DNA of 64,000 bases from a virus (taxonomy: Duplodnaviria > Caudoviricetes), in the IMG/VR virus record IMGVR_UViG_3300037067_013617, positions 1 to 64,000 of that record, one strand, 5' to 3'. This document shows positions 20,638 to 30,654 of the stretch, piece by piece. Numbering within the stretch: position 1 is the stretch's first letter; each line of letters starts with the position of its first letter. Under the pieces are notes generated by a model. That model worked only from the letters and a program-made list of their open reading frames with translations, ran no database searches and was not told the origin of the DNA. The position numbers were made by a program, and so were the translations under genes.

Positions 20638-21459
20638 TTATTCAATAATGCCTTTAAATCCGGAAGCAAGAATTTTAGATTTAATTTCATTTTTCCAAAA
20701 TAACGAAGGAATTCTTATAATACATTTTTCATTTAATGTCGGAATAATTTCTGGAGAATAAATTTTAACACCATTTACTGTTTTCCCTATTTTTGCCGGG
20801 GTTTCGTCGATTATTCCAGTTGCTATGCCATCCCATGAATATAAAAATTCTCTACTGGCGCCATAATAATAAATTGGATACTCATTTTGTTTTTTTACGA
20901 ATGTTAATATTAAAGTAGGAATTTTTAATTTTCCATTTAGAATTTCCTGTTGTCCAGCTTTTTCTTCGAGTATATCAAAATCCTTTTTAAATAATTTTAT
21001 TATACTTGCGTGATAAAAATGTTGAATATGTTCTTTGATTACCGGGATATATCCATTATTGTATTGACCGGCGTCCGGTACCATTACCTGGAAAGTATCT
21101 AAATATTTTTTAATATTTTTAATAACTCCTTGTAAGTTCCAGCAATGTTCAAGGAAATCAATATAATCAGGGATGGCCGGAAAATCATAATCATTAACTT
21201 GTCTTAAATCCGTAAAATTTAATCCTTTCCTGATAGTAGGTGTATATATATTGTCGTAATATTCTTGTTCATAATATTTTTTTAAATTCCTTAATTCTTT
21301 TCTTGTTAATTGATTAAATAAATGCGTACAATCATTACAACTTATAAATCGAATATCTTTATATAATAAAGATTGATCTATCTTGTAAGTTTTAATAACC
21401 GTACCTTTTCTTAAATTTTTAGATTCACATACAGGACATTTCATGATATCTTCTCCCAT
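20638..21459 (-). CDS. Sugar C-methyltransferase-like protein, apparently internally shortened
   Basis: N-terminal CPVC...CNDC zinc site; LEH, VPD and EHIQHF motifs; C-terminal YGA...IIDETPAKIGKTVNGVKIYSPE; no obvious glycine-rich SAM motif. Confidence 0.6.
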   Translation of the reverse strand: MGEDIMKCPVCESKNLRKGTVIKTYKIDQSLLYKDIRFISCNDCTHLFNQLTRKELRNLKKYYEQEYYDNIYTPTIRKGLNFTDLRQVNDYDFPAIPDYIDFLEHCWNLQGVIKNIKKYLDTFQVMVPDAGQYNNGYIPVIKEHIQHFYHASIIKLFKKDFDILEEKAGQQEILNGKLKIPTLILTFVKKQNEYPIYYYGASREFLYSWDGIATGIIDETPAKIGKTVNGVKIYSPEIIPTLNEKCIIRIPSLFWKNEIKSKILASGFKGIIE

Positions 21460-22700
21460 TCTTTTAATTTTTTATCTTCAGGATAACATTTCGCATATTG
21501 CTTGATACTTCCCTTGCTTACACTGGCCCATTGCCGACTACGCCTCAATAATGCCACAATTCCAATTCTATCATCATCATTAAAAGGTTTTGCATATTTG
21601 CCGAGTGATTCCTTAAATAGATATGAGCCGATATTGTTTCCGTACCATGATTTTTTTGATTTATTAATCCACATGAGCTCAGTAAATTCCTGTTGCCATG
21701 CGGAGAGCATTGATTCTGTATTATAAATTGCTTTTACACTTTCTTTATGTAAAAATAAATTATCTTTATGTAAATAAATCCATTTTATAGACTCGGCATA
21801 TTTTTCTTCTGTCGATCTTATGCCAGTTCTCCAATTATCAACAATAAATTTTTCTGGCTCATTATCCAGCACTACCGGCACGACACCCGTTGCCATTGCT
21901 TCCCCGATAACCTGTTCGCATGTACCTATATGCTTTTCGTATAACGGATATCCGAATACATCCATCTGCGCATACCATTGTAATAATTCATCTTGATTTA
22001 ATTGTCCCGTAATAACAAACTTATCTGTCAGCCCTTTTTCTTGAATTTGTTCTTTAAGTAATTCCAAATCCGGCCCGCCACCACATACAATAAATTTAAC
22101 ATTAGGAATATCAATATCAGCACATAAACTAACGAAATCGGGATGGATCTTACTATTGAAATCAATAGTCCCACAATAACCAACGTTAAAAGTATCTCCA
22201 TGAAGTACCTTTTTAATATTATAAAATTTTGTTAAATCGGATACGCTCCAAATAACACCAAACTTTTGTTTTTGTTTATCCGATAATTCCTGATATTCTT
22301 TTGCCTGATAACTTACCGGCGATGTAAATATAAATCTATCACACATATCGACTAATCTCTCAGGGATAACATAGGGCGGATTAAGACAGTTTGAATGTGA
22401 CCAGATAACAAGGCGACATTCAGGTATATTCTGCAAACACAGAAATTCATATAACAAAGGATTATTATACCAATGTAATAAAACAATATCATTACATTTA
22501 ATAAGATAATTAAGTTTTTCAGGCCAGTTTCTTAATCCATGATAAGCATCTTCAATTTGTACACTTCTTGAATCATTCGGATTGAGGCACCCTATTGTAT
22601 GTATATTTTTATTATCATGTTTAATTAAATTATCAATAACAGCTCCGACTCCGCCACCTAAATGTACAGCTACATGTAAAATTTTCATCGGCAACTCCAT
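21441..22700 (-). CDS. GT-B glycosyltransferase (GT4 family)
   Basis: KILHVAVHLGGGVG; FIVCGGGPD; DVFGYP...EQVIGEAMATGVVPV (Ex7E-like). Confidence 0.85.
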   Translation of the reverse strand: MELPMKILHVAVHLGGGVGAVIDNLIKHDNKNIHTIGCLNPNDSRSVQIEDAYHGLRNWPEKLNYLIKCNDIVLLHWYNNPLLYEFLCLQNIPECRLVIWSHSNCLNPPYVIPERLVDMCDRFIFTSPVSYQAKEYQELSDKQKQKFGVIWSVSDLTKFYNIKKVLHGDTFNVGYCGTIDFNSKIHPDFVSLCADIDIPNVKFIVCGGGPDLELLKEQIQEKGLTDKFVITGQLNQDELLQWYAQMDVFGYPLYEKHIGTCEQVIGEAMATGVVPVVLDNEPEKFIVDNWRTGIRSTEEKYAESIKWIYLHKDNLFLHKESVKAIYNTESMLSAWQQEFTELMWINKSKKSWYGNNIGSYLFKESLGKYAKPFNDDDRIGIVALLRRSRQWASVSKGSIKQYAKCYPEDKKLKEWEKIS

Positions 22701-22706
22701 AATATA

Positions 22707-24296
22707 TTATTCAAAAGAATATCCTTCTTCTTTAAATTTCTCTATAATATTATCATAAAAAGAATTTTTATTGATAAAATGATTATAATGCATATTCATT
22801 TTATCATCATCTCCCATATTTTGATATATTCGATATAACATATAATGAGCAATTGCCTGATTCGGATAATGATTTACTACGTTTTGAAAATATTTTAGAC
22901 AAATATCATATCTCTTGTTTTTAAAATTACTGTTTTGTAAATAATTAACAACAATATTCATGTAATATGCATATTCTTCTATCGCTTTTGGATCCACTCC
23001 CGGAGCTTTAATATTACATTTCCCTACGGTATAATCATTATAATCTTTACTCAAAAGATATCCGGCATCTTGACATTGCTGATATAAACGACTGCCTGCA
23101 ATAGGTACTACTATAAATATATGAGCCCAATCTATTTCAGTATCTAATAATATTTGTAAGGATTCCGCCCTGTCTTCATCTGTTTCAAATGGAAAACCTA
23201 TAATAATGAATGCATGTAACCGAATATCATATTGTTTAAGAATTTTAACTGCTTTAAATATCTGTTCCCGGCGCAAAGGTTTATTGATAATATCTTTTAA
23301 AATATGATCCGACCCGGATTCAATTGCAAGCGGCAACACTTTTATTTTACATTCGCTAAAGGCCTTAGCAATTTCTTCATCTATTTGAAATACCGCTACA
23401 CCATTAGGAAATTCAATATTAATATTTAAATTTTTAAATTCAGATAAAAGATATAGTGCCCGATCTTTATTCGCTAAAAAATGATCGTCTTCAATAAGTA
23501 ATATATCTAATTTATATTCATCGATATAATGTTTAACAGTTTCAAGCACTCGACGAGCTGACATCTTGCGGATTCTTTTTCCATGCACTGTGCCGTTGCT
23601 GCAATACACACAAGAGAAAGGACATCCCCTGGACGTATGGATGCTTACTTCGATTTTATCTTTTATGTCTTTGTCGATATATGATCTTCCATTATATTTT
23701 TTTAAATCAATATAACTAAAATCTATCAGAGGTATTTCATCAAGATTTTCAATAAAATCATATTGTGGTAGAATTCCGGTTTTAATCGTTTCTCTTGTAA
23801 TCCATGCAGGACTATTTATAGAATTCGTTTCCAATAATTTTTTAAATGGAATTTCCCCTTCGCCATAACATGCTAAATTTATTTCCGGTATTTCGTTAAA
23901 TAAATCTTGATATAAATTTGTTGCTAATCCTCCGCCTACAATCAATAAACATTTAGGAATAATTTCCCGACAAGTTGCTGCGATATATTTTAGATGGGGG
24001 AAACATGTATTGAAAAGGGCGGAAATACAAATACAATTCGGTTGGAAATCATTAAGTAAATTTTTTAAAGCATCAATTATATCAATTTGAGGATCTATTA
24101 TTTTTGAATTTATTAAAAGATCATTAATATCAAATATTCTTATATCGTGTTCTTTATTTTGATTGATATAAGATATAATTGATAATACTCCATAAGGCGG
24201 AGTCAATGTCGGAAGTTTCAACCCAGCCATCTTTGGGTTGTATTCATCAAATGGTAGATAAGGCGGAATTATAAATAATATTTTATTTCGCGGCAT
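22707..24296 (-). CDS. Cobalamin-binding radical SAM enzyme (class B methyltransferase-like)
   Basis: PPYGVLSI, IVGGG, GEGE (B12-binding domain); TSRGCPFSCVYC; IESGS; FIIGFPFET. Confidence 0.9.
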   Translation of the reverse strand: MPRNKILFIIPPYLPFDEYNPKMAGLKLPTLTPPYGVLSIISYINQNKEHDIRIFDINDLLINSKIIDPQIDIIDALKNLLNDFQPNCICISALFNTCFPHLKYIAATCREIIPKCLLIVGGGLATNLYQDLFNEIPEINLACYGEGEIPFKKLLETNSINSPAWITRETIKTGILPQYDFIENLDEIPLIDFSYIDLKKYNGRSYIDKDIKDKIEVSIHTSRGCPFSCVYCSNGTVHGKRIRKMSARRVLETVKHYIDEYKLDILLIEDDHFLANKDRALYLLSEFKNLNINIEFPNGVAVFQIDEEIAKAFSECKIKVLPLAIESGSDHILKDIINKPLRREQIFKAVKILKQYDIRLHAFIIIGFPFETDEDRAESLQILLDTEIDWAHIFIVVPIAGSRLYQQCQDAGYLLSKDYNDYTVGKCNIKAPGVDPKAIEEYAYYMNIVVNYLQNSNFKNKRYDICLKYFQNVVNHYPNQAIAHYMLYRIYQNMGDDDKMNMHYNHFINKNSFYDNIIEKFKEEGYSFE

Positions 24297-25029
24297 GTAT
24301 ATCCAGCCAGCCTAATGCTAAATTTTGATTATCAATTTCTTTCAATTCTTTATACTTCATGTACTGTGTCAAACATTCATCAAAAGATAAATATTTTTCA
24401 TCTCGAAATAAATCATCTCCGAATAATCCGGAATGATATTTCCCGAATTTATAATTTATTGATTTATCTGTTTTATCTTCATTATTTGCCTGGTTAATAA
24501 GTTTAAATTTAGTATAATCGCAAGCATATAAAAAACTAAAAATTTTATAATAATCAAAGCGCGATAATTCAAAACTTAAAAATAAAGGACCTTGACCAAC
24601 AAAGGATGGATCTATTAACCATGCAAATAGTTGCCGTATAACTAAAAAATCTAATCCTTCAATATCTGTTTTAATAAAATACGGTATTCCATATTCTTGA
24701 AATAGATATTTTAAATTTATTGTTTTTACTGATTGTTTAATAACAGTATCAGATGATTTCCAAAATGATACTTTAACGGGATCGCATGTGCTCCAGTCTG
24801 AATGTTCTTTATTGATATAAAATAAATAATCAATATCATTGATATCGTAAAATATCTTATTTAATAATATTAGTTGACCGGATTTTATTTCCGAAGCGAA
24901 TCGATCTGTTCCTTTGTATATTAATTCTGGATTTGCATCAACCGCTATTACTTTATAATCCTTTTTTAAATAATAATCAGTATCATCTCCATTATGAAAT
25001 CCAAGATCAAAAATTGTTTTTTCAAACAC
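24283..25029 (-). CDS. FkbM-family methyltransferase
   Basis: IFDLGFHNGDD...VIAVDANP; FIKTDIEGLD. Confidence 0.85.
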   Translation of the reverse strand: MFEKTIFDLGFHNGDDTDYYLKKDYKVIAVDANPELIYKGTDRFASEIKSGQLILLNKIFYDINDIDYLFYINKEHSDWSTCDPVKVSFWKSSDTVIKQSVKTINLKYLFQEYGIPYFIKTDIEGLDFLVIRQLFAWLIDPSFVGQGPLFLSFELSRFDYYKIFSFLYACDYTKFKLINQANNEDKTDKSINYKFGKYHSGLFGDDLFRDEKYLSFDECLTQYMKYKELKEIDNQNLALGWLDIHAAK

Positions 25030-26002
25030 TTAACATTCTCCTTAATATTTTTTCTGCTGATATATCTAAATTAACAGGCATCCCCCGGATCAATTGATCG
25101 CATTCTCTGCAAATATGATATTTATTTCCTTTGAGCATATTCATTTGAATATTTTTAAGAAATTTTCCGTCCCATATTTGTTTTACAGATTGCTTATTAA
25201 TATGTCCTAATAATATTCTTTGGTCCCAATCCAAGAAACAGATAGAGGCATAACCCGATGCTTGAAAAACCAGGGTATAAAATATATATGGACATATTTG
25301 AACATTATCTAATGGCTGCCCATATACTCCAACTTCTTTGTTTATATTATTAACTTTTGTATCGTACCAGCAATTCATCGTATGTTCAATACCCCTGCCA
25401 TCACTGATGGGAGTGAATATATCAAAGAATTGTTGTTGTTCTGCTTCAGATAAATAGTCGCCGTTGATCTTAATATATATTTCACATTGTTTTTTATGTT
25501 GATATAAATAAGTTAAATTTTCGATAAAATTATTCCAACAGATATTAAATCCACAAAATTTTTTATATTGTTCAGCATTTATTCCTTCAATTGAAATATT
25601 TATTCGATCTATACCGGCATCAATAATTTCTTCAACATTAGTCCTGCCATTTGATTTCGGAGATCGATTAAACAAACTTGCGTTTGTTGTAGTATCTACT
25701 TTTAATACCTTATTAGATTGCTTCGCATAAGCAACCATATCTGGAAATTTTTTATTCATCAAGGGCTCACCGAATCCATATAACCGTATTGTTTTTATTG
25801 GATTTTTAAAGTCCTGTAAATCATCAATTATTTTCTTATATAATTCAAAATCCATAACTTGCGGATTTCTTATCTTCGAATTCATACAAAATTTACATTG
25901 AAAATTACAGGCATTAGACGGATCAATGAAAATAACGTATGGAGATTCTAGGGGGATCTCATTCGCTAAATCAGTTCTATTTTCAAGTTGTATTCTTTTC
26001 AT
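25022..26002 (-). CDS. Radical SAM/SPASM-domain protein
   Basis: CNFQCKFC; GFGEPLMN; TTNAS; C-terminal CPYIF...IC..DW...CREC; likely start MKRIQL at 26002. Confidence 0.9.
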   Translation of the reverse strand: MKRIQLENRTDLANEIPLESPYVIFIDPSNACNFQCKFCMNSKIRNPQVMDFELYKKIIDDLQDFKNPIKTIRLYGFGEPLMNKKFPDMVAYAKQSNKVLKVDTTTNASLFNRSPKSNGRTNVEEIIDAGIDRINISIEGINAEQYKKFCGFNICWNNFIENLTYLYQHKKQCEIYIKINGDYLSEAEQQQFFDIFTPISDGRGIEHTMNCWYDTKVNNINKEVGVYGQPLDNVQICPYIFYTLVFQASGYASICFLDWDQRILLGHINKQSVKQIWDGKFLKNIQMNMLKGNKYHICRECDQLIRGMPVNLDISAEKILRRMLSV

Positions 26003-26009
26003 CTTTTCC

Positions 26010-26897
26010 TTATAAAAATATATGTTTACTTTCCCGTACTGAAGTCGCAACGGTACAATTTTCGCATAATTTTAAGTTCGAGATATTTCCTTTCTTTATT
26101 TCCTCTCGATAATGTTTAAATAATGCATGATTATATAATTCGATAGGATCTTCATACAATATGTTTCCGATATGTATTTCTCCGAATTGATCACCGCAAC
26201 AAAAACCTATTTCTCCATCGGAAAATATTTTAAATTTATATATTTCACCACAATATATGTTAGGTAATATTTTCGCATCTTTTGGTTTTTTTTGTAAATC
26301 ATCGCCTGCGTTATTTACATCGTATGCTAATATCATGTCGCCATATTTTTTATTTAATTTCTTTGACCAGAATTTTAAAAAATCATCCCATTCGTAATAA
26401 TTTATTTCCTGCCTTGTAAATCTAATTATTATTTTTACGTTTTTGTCTTGTTTCTCTCTTTCTTTTAGAAGAAAATCAATATTATTTATAATTCTTTCAA
26501 GTTTTAATCCCATCCTAATTTTTTCATAAACTGCTGAAGAAAATCCATCAATGCTAAAAATAAATACATCAATTCCCGCGGACAACAATTGTATAGTTTG
26601 GTCCTCGGTTAGATTCATTCCATTCGTAAATATTCCGACTTCGGTAAAATTATGATCTTTTGCTATTTTTATTTTTTCAGAGGTATGTGGATCAAGAAGC
26701 GTTTCTCCAAGTCCAAGCAATGTAAATATTTTAATATTATTTTTAATCGGCAACAATTTATAAACGATTTTTTCAAAAATATCGTTTGTCATAATTTCTT
26801 TTTTTCTGCTTCTCGCAATAGGACACATAATACATTTTGAGTTGCAATAACCGGCAACAGTCTCTATCTGTACTTGCGTTGGTATAATATTTTCCAT
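26010..26897 (-). CDS. Radical SAM/SPASM-domain protein
   Basis: CNSKCIMC; GLGETLLD; FTNG; FSIDG; C-terminal C...FCCGD...IGNI...CENC. Confidence 0.9.
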   Translation of the reverse strand: MENIIPTQVQIETVAGYCNSKCIMCPIARSRKKEIMTNDIFEKIVYKLLPIKNNIKIFTLLGLGETLLDPHTSEKIKIAKDHNFTEVGIFTNGMNLTEDQTIQLLSAGIDVFIFSIDGFSSAVYEKIRMGLKLERIINNIDFLLKEREKQDKNVKIIIRFTRQEINYYEWDDFLKFWSKKLNKKYGDMILAYDVNNAGDDLQKKPKDAKILPNIYCGEIYKFKIFSDGEIGFCCGDQFGEIHIGNILYEDPIELYNHALFKHYREEIKKGNISNLKLCENCTVATSVRESKHIFL

Positions 26898-27545
26898 TTA
26901 CATAATCCTATGCGTATTTATATTTGTATTGTATCTGCCTTTTTCATAAAAAGATTTAAAAACTCCTATTTCTGATAAGATAAGAATGTCATCCGGCCAT
27001 TTATTGCGAAGATTTTCAGCATATTGTCCATCGTCGCATGAAGATGCTTCCTGAAATCGTGTTTGTTTTAAAATATCTCCTCTTACGATCATTTGGCATA
27101 AATCAATATTAGCAACACGAATATCATTAAGATTATGTTGATATAAAGGAGCGGCAGGCCATTGATATGCAGTATCAGTAGGTGCCGGAGAGTTATCGCC
27201 TCTACTCGCTGAAAAAATAATTATTTTAGCATTTGTGAATTTCATTATTTTTTGAATAAATCCGGGAGCATACATATCATCATCTCCGAGAAATCCATAA
27301 TAATGATCGTCAATAATAGTTGCCAATTCAATAAATCTATTTAATTTTTCGTATCCTACCATATAATGATTTTTGATTTCGGACACAATGGGTTGGATAA
27401 AAGATTCTGTCTCTTTTTCAAAATATTTTATTTCATGTGGCTCACATATAGGATGCCAATAAACATCCATATTTTTAATATCTTTTTTAATTGTTTCATG
27501 TAAATATTCCCGATAAAAAGCCATAACTATATGGAAATTTAACAT
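26898..27545 (-). CDS. GT-A (GT2-like) glycosyltransferase
   Basis: YYGFLGDDDMY DxD motif; IDLCQMIVR; DDG. Confidence 0.7.
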   Translation of the reverse strand: MLNFHIVMAFYREYLHETIKKDIKNMDVYWHPICEPHEIKYFEKETESFIQPIVSEIKNHYMVGYEKLNRFIELATIIDDHYYGFLGDDDMYAPGFIQKIMKFTNAKIIIFSASRGDNSPAPTDTAYQWPAAPLYQHNLNDIRVANIDLCQMIVRGDILKQTRFQEASSCDDGQYAENLRNKWPDDILILSEIGVFKSFYEKGRYNTNINTHRIM

Positions 27546-27558
27546 TATTTTCGTCTCC

Positions 27559-28245
27559 TTATCTCATTGTTTCTTGCCCGCGAGTCATACTGCCAGGCTT
27601 ATCGACATGTTGACACTGTATCTTCGAATAATTAGCCAACCTGAAATTATTACCATTTCGATGTGCGTCATAGCTCATCCATGCATCTGGGAATGCTCCC
27701 AAATTTTCTGTACTCCATCGGAAAGGAATTTTTTCAATGACTTCGCGTTTATAAAGAGAACAGCCGCTAAGAACATGATGCGTTTCCTGAAAGATAGTAG
27801 GATCTTCAAATAATTTTATATCATGAAAACCATGATAATAAATACCTCCGATTATATCTGCTTTATCGATAACTTCCATGAAATAATGCAGCCAATCCGC
27901 GGGCGGAATGACATCAGACTCGACTATTATAAAATATTTACATTTAGTTTCTAAAAAAATATTTCTTAAAAAGGAAAGTGATTCCGCGACGTTTCTCTGG
28001 AACTGAGTAGTAGGATCATCCCGGTCTACAAAGATATGCGAAACATGTATATTCCGATGGACATTTATACTTTTTATAATATCTTTAATTCGTTCAGCGT
28101 AACTGGCATGAATTGTATTATCAACAACGTGGATAGATGCATCACCAATATCGGATTGTAAAAGATTTTTAAAAAATTGTTCATCGCAGTAGCTTTTGCA
28201 CTCGTGGCTATATATAGCAATAAAAAAATCAGTATAATTTATCAT
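27559..28245 (-). CDS. GT-A (GT2-like) glycosyltransferase
   Basis: IHVVDNT; YFIIVESDVIPP; GCSLYKREVIEKIPF; PD; C-terminal His. Confidence 0.75.
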   Translation of the reverse strand: MINYTDFFIAIYSHECKSYCDEQFFKNLLQSDIGDASIHVVDNTIHASYAERIKDIIKSINVHRNIHVSHIFVDRDDPTTQFQRNVAESLSFLRNIFLETKCKYFIIVESDVIPPADWLHYFMEVIDKADIIGGIYYHGFHDIKLFEDPTIFQETHHVLSGCSLYKREVIEKIPFRWSTENLGAFPDAWMSYDAHRNGNNFRLANYSKIQCQHVDKPGSMTRGQETMR

Positions 28246-28272
28246 AGGATATAGCCCCTTATTAATGTTTTA

Positions 28273-30654
28273 TTATTTTTTGATCTTAAATATTTGATTC
28301 TTATATCTATAGAAACCTTTTAATAGAGCGTCATTATTTTGCAAGAACTTATCTATTGATGGCATAATTTTTTCAACAAAAATTTCTTCTGTCGGATGAT
28401 TCGGACTTTTTACATCCATAATATCATTATTTTTTGTTTTAATCGCCCAATATTGTTCCATAGCACGTGCGAAACATTCACAAGTCCTATTTTGATATTT
28501 AGATGTCTGTTTTTTTACCATATTTTTTCTAAATGTACTAGCTATTTCACCTGCAATATCTTCCGGATTATCTGATGCATAATGTCTGCCTGTTTTTTCA
28601 CCGATATAATAATCCATAAAATGTCCCCACTCATGGGAGATAATAAAACCTGTTCCTTTGTCTCCATGTGCAGTTACACCAATTGCGTGCATAGAAGGAA
28701 TAAACAATCCGATAGCCTTTCTTGCGTGCATCATCTTATCACCAGCATGGGATATCTTTAGCCCAAATGTTTTAGCCATTGATGATTTATTCCCGAAAAC
28801 GGAAAAAAGATCATCCATTGCAGATTTAATTTCCTGAATTTCTAACTCATTTATTTCTGCTCCGTTTTGACGTTTTACTTTTACGCCGTAATCCTGTAAT
28901 AAATTATCTTTAGTTCCTTTGTCGCCGTATGCAGTTTCTTTTCCCTTCGTATATGTACTGTAATAATCTTCAAGCTGAATTTCCATATCTTCTGTTTTCT
29001 GTTTTAAATCCTGACGCAACCAACGATAAATTTCCCATAAATTTTTAGTTTCATAACGGCTCCCGCCGGTAAAGCTATTGATAAGATCCATTTGATGGTA
29101 AGAAATTTTATTCTCAGGCAGCATCGTAATACGCTTTTTCCTTGTACGCAATGCCTGGTCTTCTTTTAATTTAGCCTTTGCTTTCTTTAGATAATAATCC
29201 TGCGTTGCGGCGAATACATCTCTATTAACTATCGCAAAATTATTTTCACCTATTTCTTTTCCCCAATCTCTGATACTCGGAGCCATTCTTTTAGCATTAA
29301 GCGCTAACAAATATTTATCTTCACCGAGTTTATATGCAGGAATAAAATAATTTGACGATCTGAAATACGCTTCGTCAACTTCAGGAATATATGCCGGACG
29401 GGGATCGGTTAAAATAGTCTTTTCCTTTGCTAGATATATATCTTTCGGCCTTACCGCTGTATAATCTTTGGCTATATATTTTACAGGCTGTTTATCTTTG
29501 CCGCTGAATGGAATTTCAACCTCTGTATCAGTAGGATTAAATTTTGATACCGGCATTATTACATCCTCCTGTTTTATTTCAGGAATATCCAATATCTCAC
29601 GTTCAACTTCATTCCGTGTTTCCGGAGTCGCTTTATTTATAGCTTCTGCGATTTTAATGTCTTTTTTCTTCTGCTCAGGAGTTTCTTCTGTTGACATTTC
29701 GGCTGTCTCTTCCTCCTCCTCCGCCGGTTGTGCAGGAGCAGATTCTATAACCGGTTCGGCAGGAGTTTCTATCTTTTCTATGATTTTTTCTTTTTCAAAT
29801 CTTTTTAATTGTTCATTTTGACCATTTAAAACCTGAGTCCATTTATTAATATAATCAGTATAAACAGATTTTGTATCGAATGGAACTTCCCCTCTTTTTT
29901 CTCTATATCCTTTTATGGTTTTTTCCGTGTCTTTAATGTTTCTTTTTAAATTTTCTATTAAAAGAGATTGTTCACTGCTATCCATTTTATAAAAATTTTG
30001 TTTTATTTCATAAGATGATGGATTATCTTGTCCAGTTAATTCTTTTGCCCTTTCTTTTGAAATATCCGGTAAAATAGATGATTCTTCCAATATCTCAATA
30101 GCAGGTGTTTCCTTTTTCCCATAAATATTAAATATCTCCCGCATAACCTGCAATTTGAGCCCGGTCATACTCTCTTTCTTTTCTTTCTTTTCGGCAGGCT
30201 TTTCTTCTTTCTTTTCTTTTTTCTCAGGCGTTGTTTTTTGTTCTTTCTTTCCGGAAAAGAATTTATCCCACTTTTCTTTATTCATGAAATAAGCAGATAC
30301 ATGAGACTTCCAACTGTCCCAAGTTAAATTATATTTCTTCCCGATCTCATGCGATTCGTAATCTTTCATTACCTGTTTCATCGCCTGATTCTTATCCTTG
30401 AAATTAAAGAATCCGGCTATTTTTGACAACCAGCCTTCCTGTTGATCTGCTTTAAATTGATTATATTCTGCTTGAGTATAGAAATAACTGAATCCTTTAC
30501 CGTTGGCTTTCGGGACTCGTTTGACATATTTATGTCCGGGACGAATATCGCCGGAGGCTTTCTGTATATTTTGTGATTTAATATTATTTTTTTTACGATA
30601 GAATCCGAATGGAATATCTAAATAGTTATTTATAATTTTATTAATATCTTTCAT
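28273..30654 (-). CDS. Tagged polyvalent-type protein with C-terminal LPD1-like zincin domain
   Basis: Tag IQKASGDIRPGHKYVKRVPKANGKGFSYFY; C-terminal ISHEWGHFMDYY...ECFARAMEQY. Confidence 0.75.
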   Translation of the reverse strand: MKDINKIINNYLDIPFGFYRKKNNIKSQNIQKASGDIRPGHKYVKRVPKANGKGFSYFYTQAEYNQFKADQQEGWLSKIAGFFNFKDKNQAMKQVMKDYESHEIGKKYNLTWDSWKSHVSAYFMNKEKWDKFFSGKKEQKTTPEKKEKKEEKPAEKKEKKESMTGLKLQVMREIFNIYGKKETPAIEILEESSILPDISKERAKELTGQDNPSSYEIKQNFYKMDSSEQSLLIENLKRNIKDTEKTIKGYREKRGEVPFDTKSVYTDYINKWTQVLNGQNEQLKRFEKEKIIEKIETPAEPVIESAPAQPAEEEEETAEMSTEETPEQKKKDIKIAEAINKATPETRNEVEREILDIPEIKQEDVIMPVSKFNPTDTEVEIPFSGKDKQPVKYIAKDYTAVRPKDIYLAKEKTILTDPRPAYIPEVDEAYFRSSNYFIPAYKLGEDKYLLALNAKRMAPSIRDWGKEIGENNFAIVNRDVFAATQDYYLKKAKAKLKEDQALRTRKKRITMLPENKISYHQMDLINSFTGGSRYETKNLWEIYRWLRQDLKQKTEDMEIQLEDYYSTYTKGKETAYGDKGTKDNLLQDYGVKVKRQNGAEINELEIQEIKSAMDDLFSVFGNKSSMAKTFGLKISHAGDKMMHARKAIGLFIPSMHAIGVTAHGDKGTGFIISHEWGHFMDYYIGEKTGRHYASDNPEDIAGEIASTFRKNMVKKQTSKYQNRTCECFARAMEQYWAIKTKNNDIMDVKSPNHPTEEIFVEKIMPSIDKFLQNNDALLKGFYRYKNQIFKIKK

